In this document: piece by piece, positions 10,992 through 22,030 of the stretch | Position numbering within the stretch: position 1 is the stretch's first letter | How the letters are laid out: each line of letters begins with the position of its first letter | Assembly: GCA_965178125.1 (NCBI GenBank) | Contig: OZ237766.1 | Coordinates: 744,001 to 808,000 of the forward strand | DNA from: Bilabrum cf. latius | Lineage: Eukaryota | Direction of reading: 5' to 3' | Length of the DNA: 64,000 nt | Program-made: the position numbers and the translations under genes | Notes under the pieces: generated by a model | What the model saw: only the letters and a program-made list of their open reading frames with translations | Told to the model about the DNA's origin: nothing | The model's database searches: none

Positions 10992-13179
10992 ATGTTGACG
11001 CAAGCTAGTGCTTGGATTGGTAAATTATTCCCAGCTTTGCAGAGTACTGCCAGAAACCGTAGCATGAACATGTCGTACGTCTGGAGCATGATCCTAAACA
11101 TATCAATCAAGCACCTGTCGCAAAACCGCAGCGTAGTGCAAGAATTTGAAGTTTTCGGCGGAACGTTGGACGCACCGGTTCCGTTCAAGACTGTGTGCGG
11201 CAGATGTGGATTCTCACAGACGTCCAGGACGGAGGAGGTAGCACTCCATTTCCTGCAAGCCATCGCAAATGCGAGAGTCCGAGGAGCTAAGAATGTTCAT
11301 ACGGAGCTCAAACGAATTATCAGGTACTGTCTCACGGCATTTCTCAAGGTATCTGGGACATTTTCGCAGTTGGAAGAAGCCTCGAGTGGCAGGCTGCCTG
11401 TAGGATTCCCAACGTACCGGGAGTGGGTTCAGCTGAAGTCATACATGAGTTTTGGCCAGTGTCCGGTCACGCATATACTCTCCGAGAGTGCTATCCGTAT
11501 TTACTTCGGAGACGAGTAGCAACGCCCAGAGCACGGTGCACTTCTTAGGCGAGAGGCCGCGCGCACAAGTCCGGCCTCAGAAACGGACGTGATGGCCGGT
11601 CTCCTCCTTGATTCACCCGCGCTTAGAGGGGCACTTTGTCGCATTAAGTCATCTATGACTATGCCGGCGACTGCTTGGGATATAGCCCCCGAGGAGTGCA
11701 TTGGAGCTGCATTACGGATGCCAGGGTCCGAGCCCGAATCTGAGTCTACGATGAGCGCTACACTGAGATCACGCCTTTTTGCAAGGAGTGAGAGTTGGAG
11801 CAGGAGCCAATGCGCTAGCCGGGACGGCAGCGCGGCCAGCGATGGCAGCAGCGATAACGACTGTAGCAATCAGAAGAGCGGCAAGCAGCCCGAGCCCGAA
11901 TCGGATGAGTGCTTGATGGAACGGCTATGGCCGGTGCGGAGAGACAGCGGCAAGAGCTAGGAGGAAACGGACCAAGTGCAAGAGGACAAGCAATGGACGC
12001 AGGCATGGCCAGACAAAGACGAGCTTAAGAAAAGGCTGGACCGCGGGGCCAATGTCAACCATCGCTTCACAAGGGTGAGCTCAATTCTGTTAGGCTGCAT
12101 CCAAGTATCCCGAGTACCACTGCCAGGCGCAAGTCGCACAACCATGTGATGCCTTACCATGGAAACATCGAACGTATGAATGAGCGACATTTGTCTGCCT
12201 GGCCCTTCATGTGCTTCCTATGCATCCTGTATGGCCAGCCACCCATTGCTGACTACAATCGCAGACTGGTGGCACCTTGCTGCATTTGGCCGCAAGTGGC
12301 GGCAGACTTGCTACACTGAATCTTCTCTTCTCGGCAGGGATTCAGTACTGGATAAAAAATCGCGTGAGACACATATATTTCACCCGGACACGAGCCCTAT
12401 AGGCCTAGCCATGTACGAGTAGCGTTGCCTGCACATTCCAATAGACCAGCCTAAGTTTTGACTAGTGGTCATGGATCTACGTTCTTATTGACACAGCTTA
12501 AACTCGATTCACGTGTCTCTCGCGCAGGACGGCCTCACTGCACTTGAGCTTGCGCGCACCCAACGGAATCCTTTAACCGCCCGACGTATGGAGGCCAAGA
12601 TACGCCAGCAGAAAACCCTCGCAATGCTGCGATGGAGGCGGGCACACGAGACCAGAAGGGACACGAGTTTCATTTTCACAGCCGCTGCGAACGGATGGAC
12701 CATGGAACTCGAAAAGAGATTGAAGCTAGGCAAGCAGGCGGGGAGGCTCAGAAGGTGCAGCGAAAGGGCAGGTGATCAGATGCACACCCTTGGAGGCTGC
12801 TCAGCTTGGTGGCCATGAGGAGTGCGCGAAGATTCTTCAGAATGCTCTCAATCAGACGGCTTATAAAGCGGCACTGTGTAGGCGGACTCAAGTGCACTAT
12901 CCTCGTCTATTTCCATTGCCTTGCTCCTGGATTCTGCTCGACGAGAGCGTTCGCCAGTGGGAGCGCATGGTGCTTCCGATGGGCTTGCAGGTGTGGACCG
13001 TGCCGTATGCGATCCCCACACCAGAAGGTGAACTTGCACATGCTGACAATGGCAAAGGCCGACAAGAGGATAAGGGATCGTCCAATGGAGACGAGCAAGG
13101 GTACAGCGCGGCATGGGAGGCGGAGGCCATGTGGGCCCAGCTGTCCGAGAATTGGTTTGGCCTTGGCTAGAGGCCATGA
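10992..13179 (+). CDS. Ankyrin-repeat protein, long paralog; exons to 12074, 12265-12363, 12528-13179
   Basis: Spliced ankyrin repeats LDRGANVNHR/TGGTLLHLAASGGRLATLNLL/DGLTALELA/TPLEAAQLGGHEECAKIL. GTGAG...CAG introns in phase 0. TAGs at 11517, 11958 and 13168. One apparent 1-nt frameshift near 12740-12772. Start uncertain. Confidence 0.65.
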
Positions 13180-13712
13180 CGCGACGTAGACCTGGGATGT
13201 GCTCCATGAAGAAGCCCTTACATAGTTTCACCTGGCCATGCCCTGGGAAGCTCATTACATGGATGTACTTCATGAGCTGTGTTAGTGAGGCCAGCAAGGT
13301 CTCTGAGATTGAGGTCGCTCGGTGGGCGCAGGACCCGCTCGAGGTGCAGGCTCAGACGCGACGTAGCGACGCGGAGGAGAACGAGAGCGCAGTTAATGAG
13401 GCCAGGTTAGTGATGATGAGCATGAGCAGCGGGTAGGGGTGGGGGCGGACCAGGAAGGGGTGACGCTTCAACAAGCAAGTGAGGGAGTAGTAGAGGAGGG
13501 GATGATTGGTGGGGTAATCGCGTTGATACGGGCTGTGGCTGCAAACATCTTGGATAATCACCGCAATGGGGAAGGGTGTCCTTTGTTGCCAAAACCAGAG
13601 TGACACGCTTTGCCACAGGTACCAGCAAAGCTGTTCCTGAAGCAGACGTTCAGCAATTGATCTCCACGCGATAGCCACTACAATCCTGATTCAGTGCCAC
13701 GACTCCAATCGT

Positions 13713-15467
13713 TCATCCCTGCTGCTGCATGGTCTCGATGCCAAGATCGACGTACCGCTTGGTAATCGCCGCCCGAAGAACTTCCGTGGCGGATGGCCCG
13801 TCATAGTCGGGCCTTGCCCAGCGATGGCCGGGATCTCTCGCTGCCCCTGCGAAATGGAGGAGCTCGGCGGCCTGCTTGAGCCCATCACGCAGCTGCTCCG
13901 CCCTCTCATCGGATATGCCGCGCAGAATGGCAAGCACCTTTCCGCGCCGGAACACGTCGTAGTTCACCCTCAAGCTAGCAAGGTGCCACGGGATCAGGTC
14001 CTGCAATGGGAGCTCCAGATTGTCCTGCACCACCACGGGGATGCAGCCGGACACAAGCATGTCCACCAGCCTGTGGCTCCACAGATTCGGGTGCCAGCCA
14101 GGCAAATACAGACAGAACTTGGTGCGCTGTAACAGGGCGTTGTAGTCCTTAACCCTGCCATTCACGTACACGACCCCGTCTGCTTCCTCTGTCATATCGC
14201 CGTAGAGCCGAAGGCCCGCCTGCCTCACTCCCTGCGAGTACTTTGCCATTTCGTCGCTCTTGTACAGCACGGATCCAACAAACATCATCGTCACTGTCCT
14301 GTCCTGCATGGGCAGACCGAACGGGTGATCTTTGGTCAGCCCGTACCGCCCGACCGTCCCAAGGTCTTTGTACGATCGGAATCCCACACCAAGAGCATAA
14401 CTGGGAGCCACAGTGGTCACCATAGCATTCTACAGGCCAAATACGTGCTGCACCCACATCTTGCAGGTAGTGCGGTCTCTCCATGCCCAGCGCGCGTGCT
14501 CCATGGCCCATTCTCTCCAGTCCATGCCGGACTGAGCGAGGTGCTTCATAGTCAAATTCCAGCCCGGGCCATCCGCCGGAGACTTCGGCATGGTGGGTTG
14601 CAATCCGTGTAATACGTCTTGAATGCCGCGACCTACTCCTGTCACGATCACGAAATCTGCCCCACCCGTTCGTTCCCACCTTGCGGCCACCTTATGAGGA
14701 ATCAGCACCCTCCTTACTAGCTGGGCCATGACGTCTATGCATACACGAGCGAGTCGGGACGGCACCATGGTCTTCTTGCCCTTCCTTTCTACTTTCAGTC
14801 CTGCAAGCGTAATCGACTGCTGATGCATGGGCAGCACAACCAGGTCGGCGGTGTCCATGTCGGCTGCCCAGCCCCCAAACGATCGCTTTGACGATTTTCC
14901 AGAGTCTTGCACCTACAGGACACGGGCCTACTCCCTTTCAAGCGCGTCTAAAATGGTCCACTCCGACGCGAATCCTGCTTCTGTCGTGATCGCAGTCCTG
15001 AAGTCTCGGGGAAGTCGACCTACATCTGGCAGTTCACCTTCGCCCCCCCCTTCCAAAGACAAACCTGCAGCTGCGAGGTAGTCCTTCTCGTCAATACTGC
15101 TGGTCGACTTTGCAGCACACTTGCTTTCAGATGCCCAGTCTTGTTGCATGCAAGTTGCTGGACACAGCATGGATTCTCCCTTCAATCTCTCTGGCAGGAC
15201 GTGAAGCAGCACCTTTCTTGGCGACTAGGCATGAATTTCCCGCATTCGGTTTCGCACAATATGAACAACGTTTGCATCTGTGGCTCGACTCTCCGGACGG
15301 ATACTATCCACTGATCGTGGATAGCCGACCAGTCCACGAACGGCGTCAACCCGTTGAGCCTCCCGGCTGCACTATAAAAATACTAATACAATAGCCATAC
15401 AAAGCAAGACAGGGATACTATGAACCCATGAGAACCTTGAATTCGAAAGTCTTCCCTGGTTTGGCAT
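13713..15467 (-). CDS. Exostosin/GT47-family glycosyltransferase (copy 1), type II membrane
   Basis: TM anchor IPVLLCMAIVLVFL; GT47 C-terminal motif TKFCLYLPGWHPNLWSHRLVDMLVSGCIPVVVQDNLELP. 585-codon frame with TAGs at 15372, 15225, 14928, 14913 and 14430; ends TGA. Confidence 0.85.
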
Positions 15468-15981
15468 TGTCAAATCGTGAGAAGACACTGAGTTGATCTC
15501 CACCAAAATGATTGCTGTTTAGAACTACTGAGTCTACTACGTAAACACTAATTGCACACGCTGCGCGTTGTGTGTTTGATGCGGCACAAATAGCTAAGTT
15601 TTTGCACGTAAATCTCGACTTTTTGCGGAACATGCTGTATGGCGCCGCGCGCTCAGCGAATAACCCGAATTTTACACCGAGATTACGCTCACCTTTTTCG
15701 AAAAAATCATTTAGCCCAATTCGAACTAAGTCATCGTGTAGATGGTATATTTTTGAGTTGTACACATATCACTATCTCCGGCGTGCTCTCGGGACGATGA
15801 GCCGAGCTCGACCCATTGGTTACAGTTCCGGTCTTACAGGACCTGCATGGCCAATCTGAGTCTATTTAGGATGTTCTGTGTGGACAGGGACAGGCCAGCT
15901 CAGCCTACGCAAGTCGGTTAGGTCCTAAAATAAATATTCTTCTGAAACTCCGCGCATACTTTCACGCAAATCATGGTGCGT

Positions 15982-17280
15982 TCACGTCAAGTTACCATGT
16001 TCTCGCATGATCGCGTCAAGCTCAGCAAGCAAGGCCGGCTGATCTTTCCCGAGACCGCATGTTGCAAATTTTTTGGTAGAATTGGCTGGCCCATTGATTT
16101 TGAACTTTTTACCATTGAGGTGGGCGATGACAGCCTTGTCACCAATTTCGCCGTAGATGGTGTTCCCAGTCGACCTGAGAGATTCTGTACCAATCCTTGG
16201 AATTATCCATCCGAACCCTTTGCGCAGCTTGTTGTACTCTGCAGTACTTAGACAGTGTCTCCCTTCAACTGGAGCATCACTGTTTTCTCCCTTGCGGAGC
16301 GCACCATACATAGTGTGGAATCCCGTTTCCTTCAACTTCCACTCGAGCCCACTCGGACCTGCCTTGAGGTCAGTGAAATTCACATTTGCTTTTCGTATCA
16401 TGCGCATACCGCGCTCAGCATGCCAAAGCGTCGGGTTGTTCGAATTGCCAGGCGTGCGGCAGACCGTCACCTGCTGACTGGTATTGCCGAGCCTTTCTTG
16501 CAGAAGGCAAGGGGCGTCCCATACTCTAGGGACGGTCCTTGTCTTGCTGAAGCGAACGTTGCTAGCATAGGCATCATCTGCTAGCGCAGCCGATATATCT
16601 GAGATAGTGTGTCGCAATCCCCCGGGCAGAAAACACCAATCATGCTCCAGAAGCATGGCAGTCTAGCATTGGGGCGAGCTCGAACATGCCCCTAGTACCG
16701 CTCCCCAGGCCGGAGCAATGGACCCACCACCCTCAGAGACAAACGTGAACGACGCTGGCATGCTCATCACCGCAAAAATGCGCTTTAAATTTCGAATCTC
16801 ATCTTCCAAAGCAGAAGCAGTCTAGTAGGATTGTTGGTCCCTGTTTACAACAATCAGAATAGGGTCACGGTCTTGGAAACTGCTGCGTTGGTTCTAGACA
16901 GCGTTCTAGAAAAAACTATAAACGCTCAGTGCATCCATATGCGGCATCGGAGATAGCTACTTTCTCCAGTGCCCCTGTAGCAGAACAACAGTTCCATTTC
17001 GGCTACCAGCACTGCTCCCAAATGCATCTTGCATGCGTGCGGTGACCATTTGGGAGAAATTTTCATACCATTCTGATCCCTGCTGAAGTTTAATGTCATT
17101 CAACATCTAAAAATGTTGCTCAGCATAGATCTAATGATGTTGCGGATAGGCCTTTTCAGGCGGGCCGAGCACAAGGACTTGGGGGAGCAAGAGATAGATT
17201 CCACCAAGGATAGCTATACCTGCAACAAACAGTAAAATACTGAAAGTCAAGCAAGTTTGACTGCACAGAGATTGCTACAT
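15982..17280 (-). CDS. Putative GT-A fold glycosyltransferase (LLEHDW motif), type II membrane
   Basis: 433-codon frame beginning ATG-TAG-CAA; TM anchor FSILLFVAGIAILGGIYLLL; 8 in-frame TAGs and no TAA/TGA; DxD-like LLEHDWCF and SNNP motif; ends TGA. Family assignment is tentative. Confidence 0.6.
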
Positions 17281-17387
17281 CGTCACTTGGCCGCCACAGG
17301 CTGCGCTGATAGTTCTACGCCGTGCTCACACCTTGGGGAGTTGCAACCGGTTCTAACCTCTGAAGAGGTTGCAACCGCCGGTGATTT

Positions 17388-17511
17388 GTCCCGCGGACTT
17401 CAGGAATGTCGTGAACGCGGAGCATGCAGTGGTTAAGGTTTCTCAGTAGAGTGCTGACACCAGGCCTGCGAAACGTGCGCGAAATGACTGATCAGGGCGG
17501 GGGGTTTGCAA
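17388..17511. repeat. 124-bp dispersed repeat, inverted copy at 47437-47560
   Basis: Reverse-complement match with about 3 mismatches; both copies are intergenic. Confidence 0.85.
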
Positions 17512-17538
17512 GAGGAAGATTAGAAGATCTAAAACCGT

Positions 17539-19309
17539 TCCCCGCTGGCGCCGCAGCGGAACTTTGGGCTGTGGCGGAGAGCGCCTCTGCCCGAGCCAAA
17601 CTTTCGGCTCGGGCACGGGACAACTTTACCCAAGCCGAATTATTTTATATTTAAACTGGGTTTGCCGCGATTTCAGAGATCGCGCCCGAGCGGAATGATA
17701 GGCTCGGGCGCCAAGCACCTGCGCCCGAGCCGAACATTGGGCTCGGGCAGGGGCGCCCTCCGCCCGAGCCTAGGGTTTTCTTTTTTTAGGCTCGGGCACG
17801 GGTATTTTGCTGATACATTGGTCAGTAACTGCGAAATATGAAAAGTCTCAGCACCTACATCGCGCAAACGTGCAAATGCATTGGCAGTACTCGCTGCGAA
17901 CGTCAGGGACTCTGCCGAACGATAACCACTATCAACCAAGCCAAGTAGCATGACCAATTGTGCTCCAATCAAGCGATTGCCAGGGCCAGCAGATGCTCTT
18001 GGAAGCTTCAGCGGGCGGATCCCCGGCCGCGCGTGCTGGGTGGCTAGCCATGGGGTGGCTTTCCCGGCCAGCCTGGAGGCGGGCGAGGCCGTCTCGATGC
18101 AGTTGGCACCGTGCATGTGCTGGCACTGCGCTGCACTGCAGGACTTGCAGCTGGGAGCTGTGTCGGGCGGTGACTTGCTGAGCACCTGCGTGGGCGGCTG
18201 CAGCACACCCACCCGCCTGCCACCACTGGCACGCCAGCTCCAAGGCAGCCCCCGTGCCCCGCCCACTCTAGCAGGTGCCTGGCATTGTACTGACACCGGT
18301 GATATCGTGGATCTGCCTGGGCTGGCCGCTGGGGGCGAGGGTGCTATGGACGAGGAGGGGGAGGAGGGGGACGGGGCGGCGCAGCGCACATCGATGGCGG
18401 CAAGCAGAGGCAGGAGCAGCTGCCACAAGCACGCATGGGAGCCAGGGAGCCATGGGTCTGTTTGACGAGGAGGAAGCAAACCTCGTCGGGCAACCGCCGG
18501 GCAAGGGTGAAGGCAGCAGCAGCAGCAGCAGTGCGGCAGCATCGTGGTGGCAGGCGGGACGGCCTGGTCCTGGATGGTGATCTGAAGGGCCTCCCTGGGC
18601 TGGCCGCCGGGGGAGTGGGGGGGCACCGGGATGGTGGACAGAAAGAGTAGTTCGTAGCCCGGCGTCGGCCAGGGTGTGTCTCGTCCGAGCGGTGATGTCG
18701 TAGCGGATGAAGTTAGCCCTGGTGGTGATGGGGTCGTGCGGAAGCCGCGGCACGGCCAGGGTGGGGCTGCCCAGCTCAAGTACCGGCAGCAAGCGCAGTC
18801 GCAACGCCAAGGCCGACGGACAGGGCACGGCTTCCGCGCCCGACGAAGAGGAGTCGCGCCCTCAGAAGAAGGTTTGATTCATCGAGCCAAATACTGCTTG
18901 AATTGCGTGTGTTTCTGTACATTGTTCTGGCAGCAGGATCATCATGCCGGGAAGCCTCCGACCGCTGCCCAGGCGGTCGAACTGCACGCTGGTGGCGATG
19001 CCATCCCCATCTACCACGCAAACGGCCATAAAGATAGCAAAATGCCCGTGCCCGAGCCGAAAAAAAGAAAACCCTAGGTTCGGGCGGAGGGCGCCCCTGC
19101 CCGAGCCCAATGTTCGGCTCGGGCGCAGGTGCTTGGCGCCCGAGCCTAACATTCCGCTCGGGCGCGATCTCTGAAATCGCGGCAAACCCAGTTTAAATAT
19201 AAAATAATTCGGCTTGGGCAAAGTTGTCCCGTGCCCGAGCCGAAAGTTTGGCTCGGGCAGAGGCGCTCTCCGCCACAGCCCAAAGTTCCGCTGCGGCGCC
19301 AGCGGGGGA
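17539..19309. mobile_element. Non-autonomous long-TIR (foldback-like) DNA element, copy 1
   Basis: About 270-bp inverted arms (17539-17811 and 19036-19309) built from nested GCCCGAGCC/GGCTCGGGC hairpins. Near-identical copy at 33651-35408. No transposase motif and no clear TSD. Confidence 0.9.
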
Positions 19310-19649
19310 AGCGTGCGCCAATCCTATTCTACGTTTGGCTAGTAATGGAGAATTTGAGCAATACATTCTGAAACTGAACAGCCTAAAGGGCTTGTTTGTA
19401 CCGCTGCCACACGTTGTACCACACGGCAGACCCGTAGAAGCGCCAAGACGCTTGTTGAGCCCGTAAGCTGGATGCACATCTTGCATTCAGACGATACCCG
19501 TGCTTCTCTCCAGTGATCACTCCCTACCGGCATCTGCCTTTGGTGTGGAGAACGCTGCATCTTCATAAGTTGAAGTGTTTACTTGGCGCGCATAGGTAGA
19601 CGGCCGCCCACTCGCTGCACCGATCCGCCGAGCTGCCGCTGCTGCGCTG

Positions 19650-20987
19650 TCACAGCACACCGTCCATGCAACCCAGGCCAGGTTTGCCAGGAATAACTTT
19701 GATTCCCTGGTGGCGATACGTAGCTTGGGGGACGTGAAGCATTCGCTTAGGGCCTAGCAGCATGGCCGCACCGAGAGTGCGAATGGGAGCGTCGCCCCAG
19801 CGGTACTTCCACACTCCCCCGGCAACATCTACAAATTTGTACCACGTCTTGTACTCGTTGGATCGCAGCCAGTCGAGGTCCGCCATCTCGAAATTGTTGT
19901 ATATGTATCTCCGGTTGAAGTCCCAATCCCTGTTCTGATTGTCCCACCACGTTATGTTCGCTTTGCCTTCGCAGCTGCCCGGTAGGCTGGTAGTTTTCGG
20001 TGGCACTTTGGCTAACGAAACCATCACGGACTGGTTCAAAGCCAGCATGTCCGTGTGGACGGCAGCGAACGCCGATGCCGTCTTCCACAGATCGGTCGCA
20101 AACTTCGGCTACTCGACAGCGAATGCACCGTATGCGTAGGGCAAACCGCTCTCCCTGAACCTGGTCAGCAAATCTGCCTCCGGCTTGCCCGTCGGCTGCG
20201 CAGGTCTCCCTGCCTGGGCCGCAGCACGGCTCGGCCCTCTGCACCTCCCTTTGTCGAACGGGAGCCAGGCGAGGTCATCGTCCAGACGCATGTACCACTT
20301 GAATGGGCGCATGGCCACGTGCTCGAAGAAATGCCCAGCGAAAAAATCGCACATGCCCTTGTACCCAACCTTACGAGCAGGTTCCTCCAGTTTATAGCGC
20401 ACGCTTGCGGGCGCAAGGGTTCGAATATCGACATTCGCGAACACTACGGGTGCTCGGACCGCATCCACCCCTGGTTCAGAACCGTTCCGAATACTTGTTG
20501 CTTGTCGCAGCTCTTCTTGCTGCAAATCTGTGAACTATGCGTCGTAGTCCTGGAAGATTACTATCGGGTGGGGGTGCACGGGCCAAGAGATGCCGTCACG
20601 GTCACACACGCCTTGTCCATAGAAGTTCGAAGAGAGCTGCCGCAAAGTATTTTTCAGCAGCTTAAAAGTAGAACTTCTCGCCAAACATGCTATCACGGTC
20701 TTGTGCTGCGTTGCTCTTTGCCACTCCTCGCGATTCGCTGAGGAAGCCTCGAGGCACCATTGGCCATCTGGATCGATGCATGCCGGCCACTCCTCAGGGT
20801 GCTAGGTAACCACTTGCGTTGTAGGCTCTAAACCTCTCATTGATGTATGCCATCCGGAAAGTGGTCCCCATTGTGTGCACAAAAGAGACCCGAAAACTAA
20901 ACCGAGAGCGACGCCTGCAACACCAACAACCCCCCTGTGTGCAACGGAGGGTTTAAGAGAGGCGACACATCGAGCAACGAATTCCAT
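19650..20987 (-). CDS. GT15 (Kre2/Mnt1-like) alpha-1,2-mannosyltransferase
   Basis: Motifs GYKGMCDFF, WYMRLDDD, YNNFEMADLDWLRS and GGVWKYRWGDAPIRTLG; N-terminal TM anchor; TAGs at 20802, 20535 and 20109; ends TGA. Confidence 0.9.
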
Positions 20988-21501
20988 CAAGGATAAATTG
21001 CCCGTTGTGGAGGATACTCCCAAGAGATTCCCGACGGATGCGAGCGAGGGAAAAATCGGAACACAAAATCCGATATAGGGTCAATCATTACCGAACAATG
21101 TGTCTCGGGTGAGTTTTGAGTTGAATCGACAAAAGGATCGCCCTGGAGGAGGAGCAGAGGAGGGAGGCCGCGGAACGGGCTCGGCACCAAGCAGCGGCGG
21201 CGAACACAGGAGCAGCGGTTCACGTCGCAGCACCCGTAGCAGCCGCTCAAGCCCAGGCACACGCAGCTGCACCGGCAGTCCCTTCTCCAGGAACCGCACT
21301 CGGGGCACTCGAAGCCCCAGCGGCACTACAACCCTTCCACGGCGGGGTTCCTTAGCCACTGGGATCTCCCGAGTGATCTCGAGAGACTCGATGTAGTTCC
21401 GTGGAGAACTCGCTTCGGTGAGATTCTCGGAGGTGATGATGACGATTAAATATTGCGATATAGACTGATTTACAAAATATCAGATCCCCCCCGGTGAGGT
21501 G

Positions 21502-21546
21502 ACCTCACTGAGGTCAGTGAGGTACAAATGTATTCTGTATTCTGTG
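21502..21546 (+). repeat. Stem-loop plus (TGTATTC)n tail, probable 3' end of a short retroposed element
   Basis: Perfect 10-bp stem ACCTCACTGA-GG-TCAGTGAGGT followed by TGTATTCTGTATTCTGTG, similar to the LINE tail at 28613-28652. Confidence 0.4.
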
Positions 21547-22030
21547 AGGCTCTCCTAGGTCTCTGGCATTGAGGGCACGCGTTGGGAACAGTAGCCGTTC
21601 GAGGCGGACGGACGGACGGGAGGCGGGGGGAAGAACGCAGGACAACCTAGTACTCCGCTTGAGCGGGGGCAACTGTGTTGGCCCCATGTCCCCGATCGGC
21701 GATCGTCGATAGACAAAATATACTGAGACAGCCTCGCACCGAAATTAGAAACCATTCCCACGAGTGGTCGCGATGGGCTGTTGCGAACAGCCACAAGCAT
21801 TGACCGCAGCCTCTCCCTCAGCGCAACTGCAGCTCCGGCTGCGGCGTCGCTCGGGCCGTGTTCCGCAACTGGATAGCGAGACATGCCTTCCAAGCGGCGG
21901 CACCGTGGACACCTTGTATCCCGTGTCATGGCGGCCGAACGCTGGAATCGCCAGAACCAAACCCATCCCGCCCTCCCTCCCACCAGCCTTTGATCGTGGC
22001 CCCGACAATGCGAAAGGGGCTGCATGTCGG

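Noticed and set aside
17673-18779. Long ORFs inside the TIR elements as a transposase
   Set aside because: No catalytic motifs, and the frames differ between copies.
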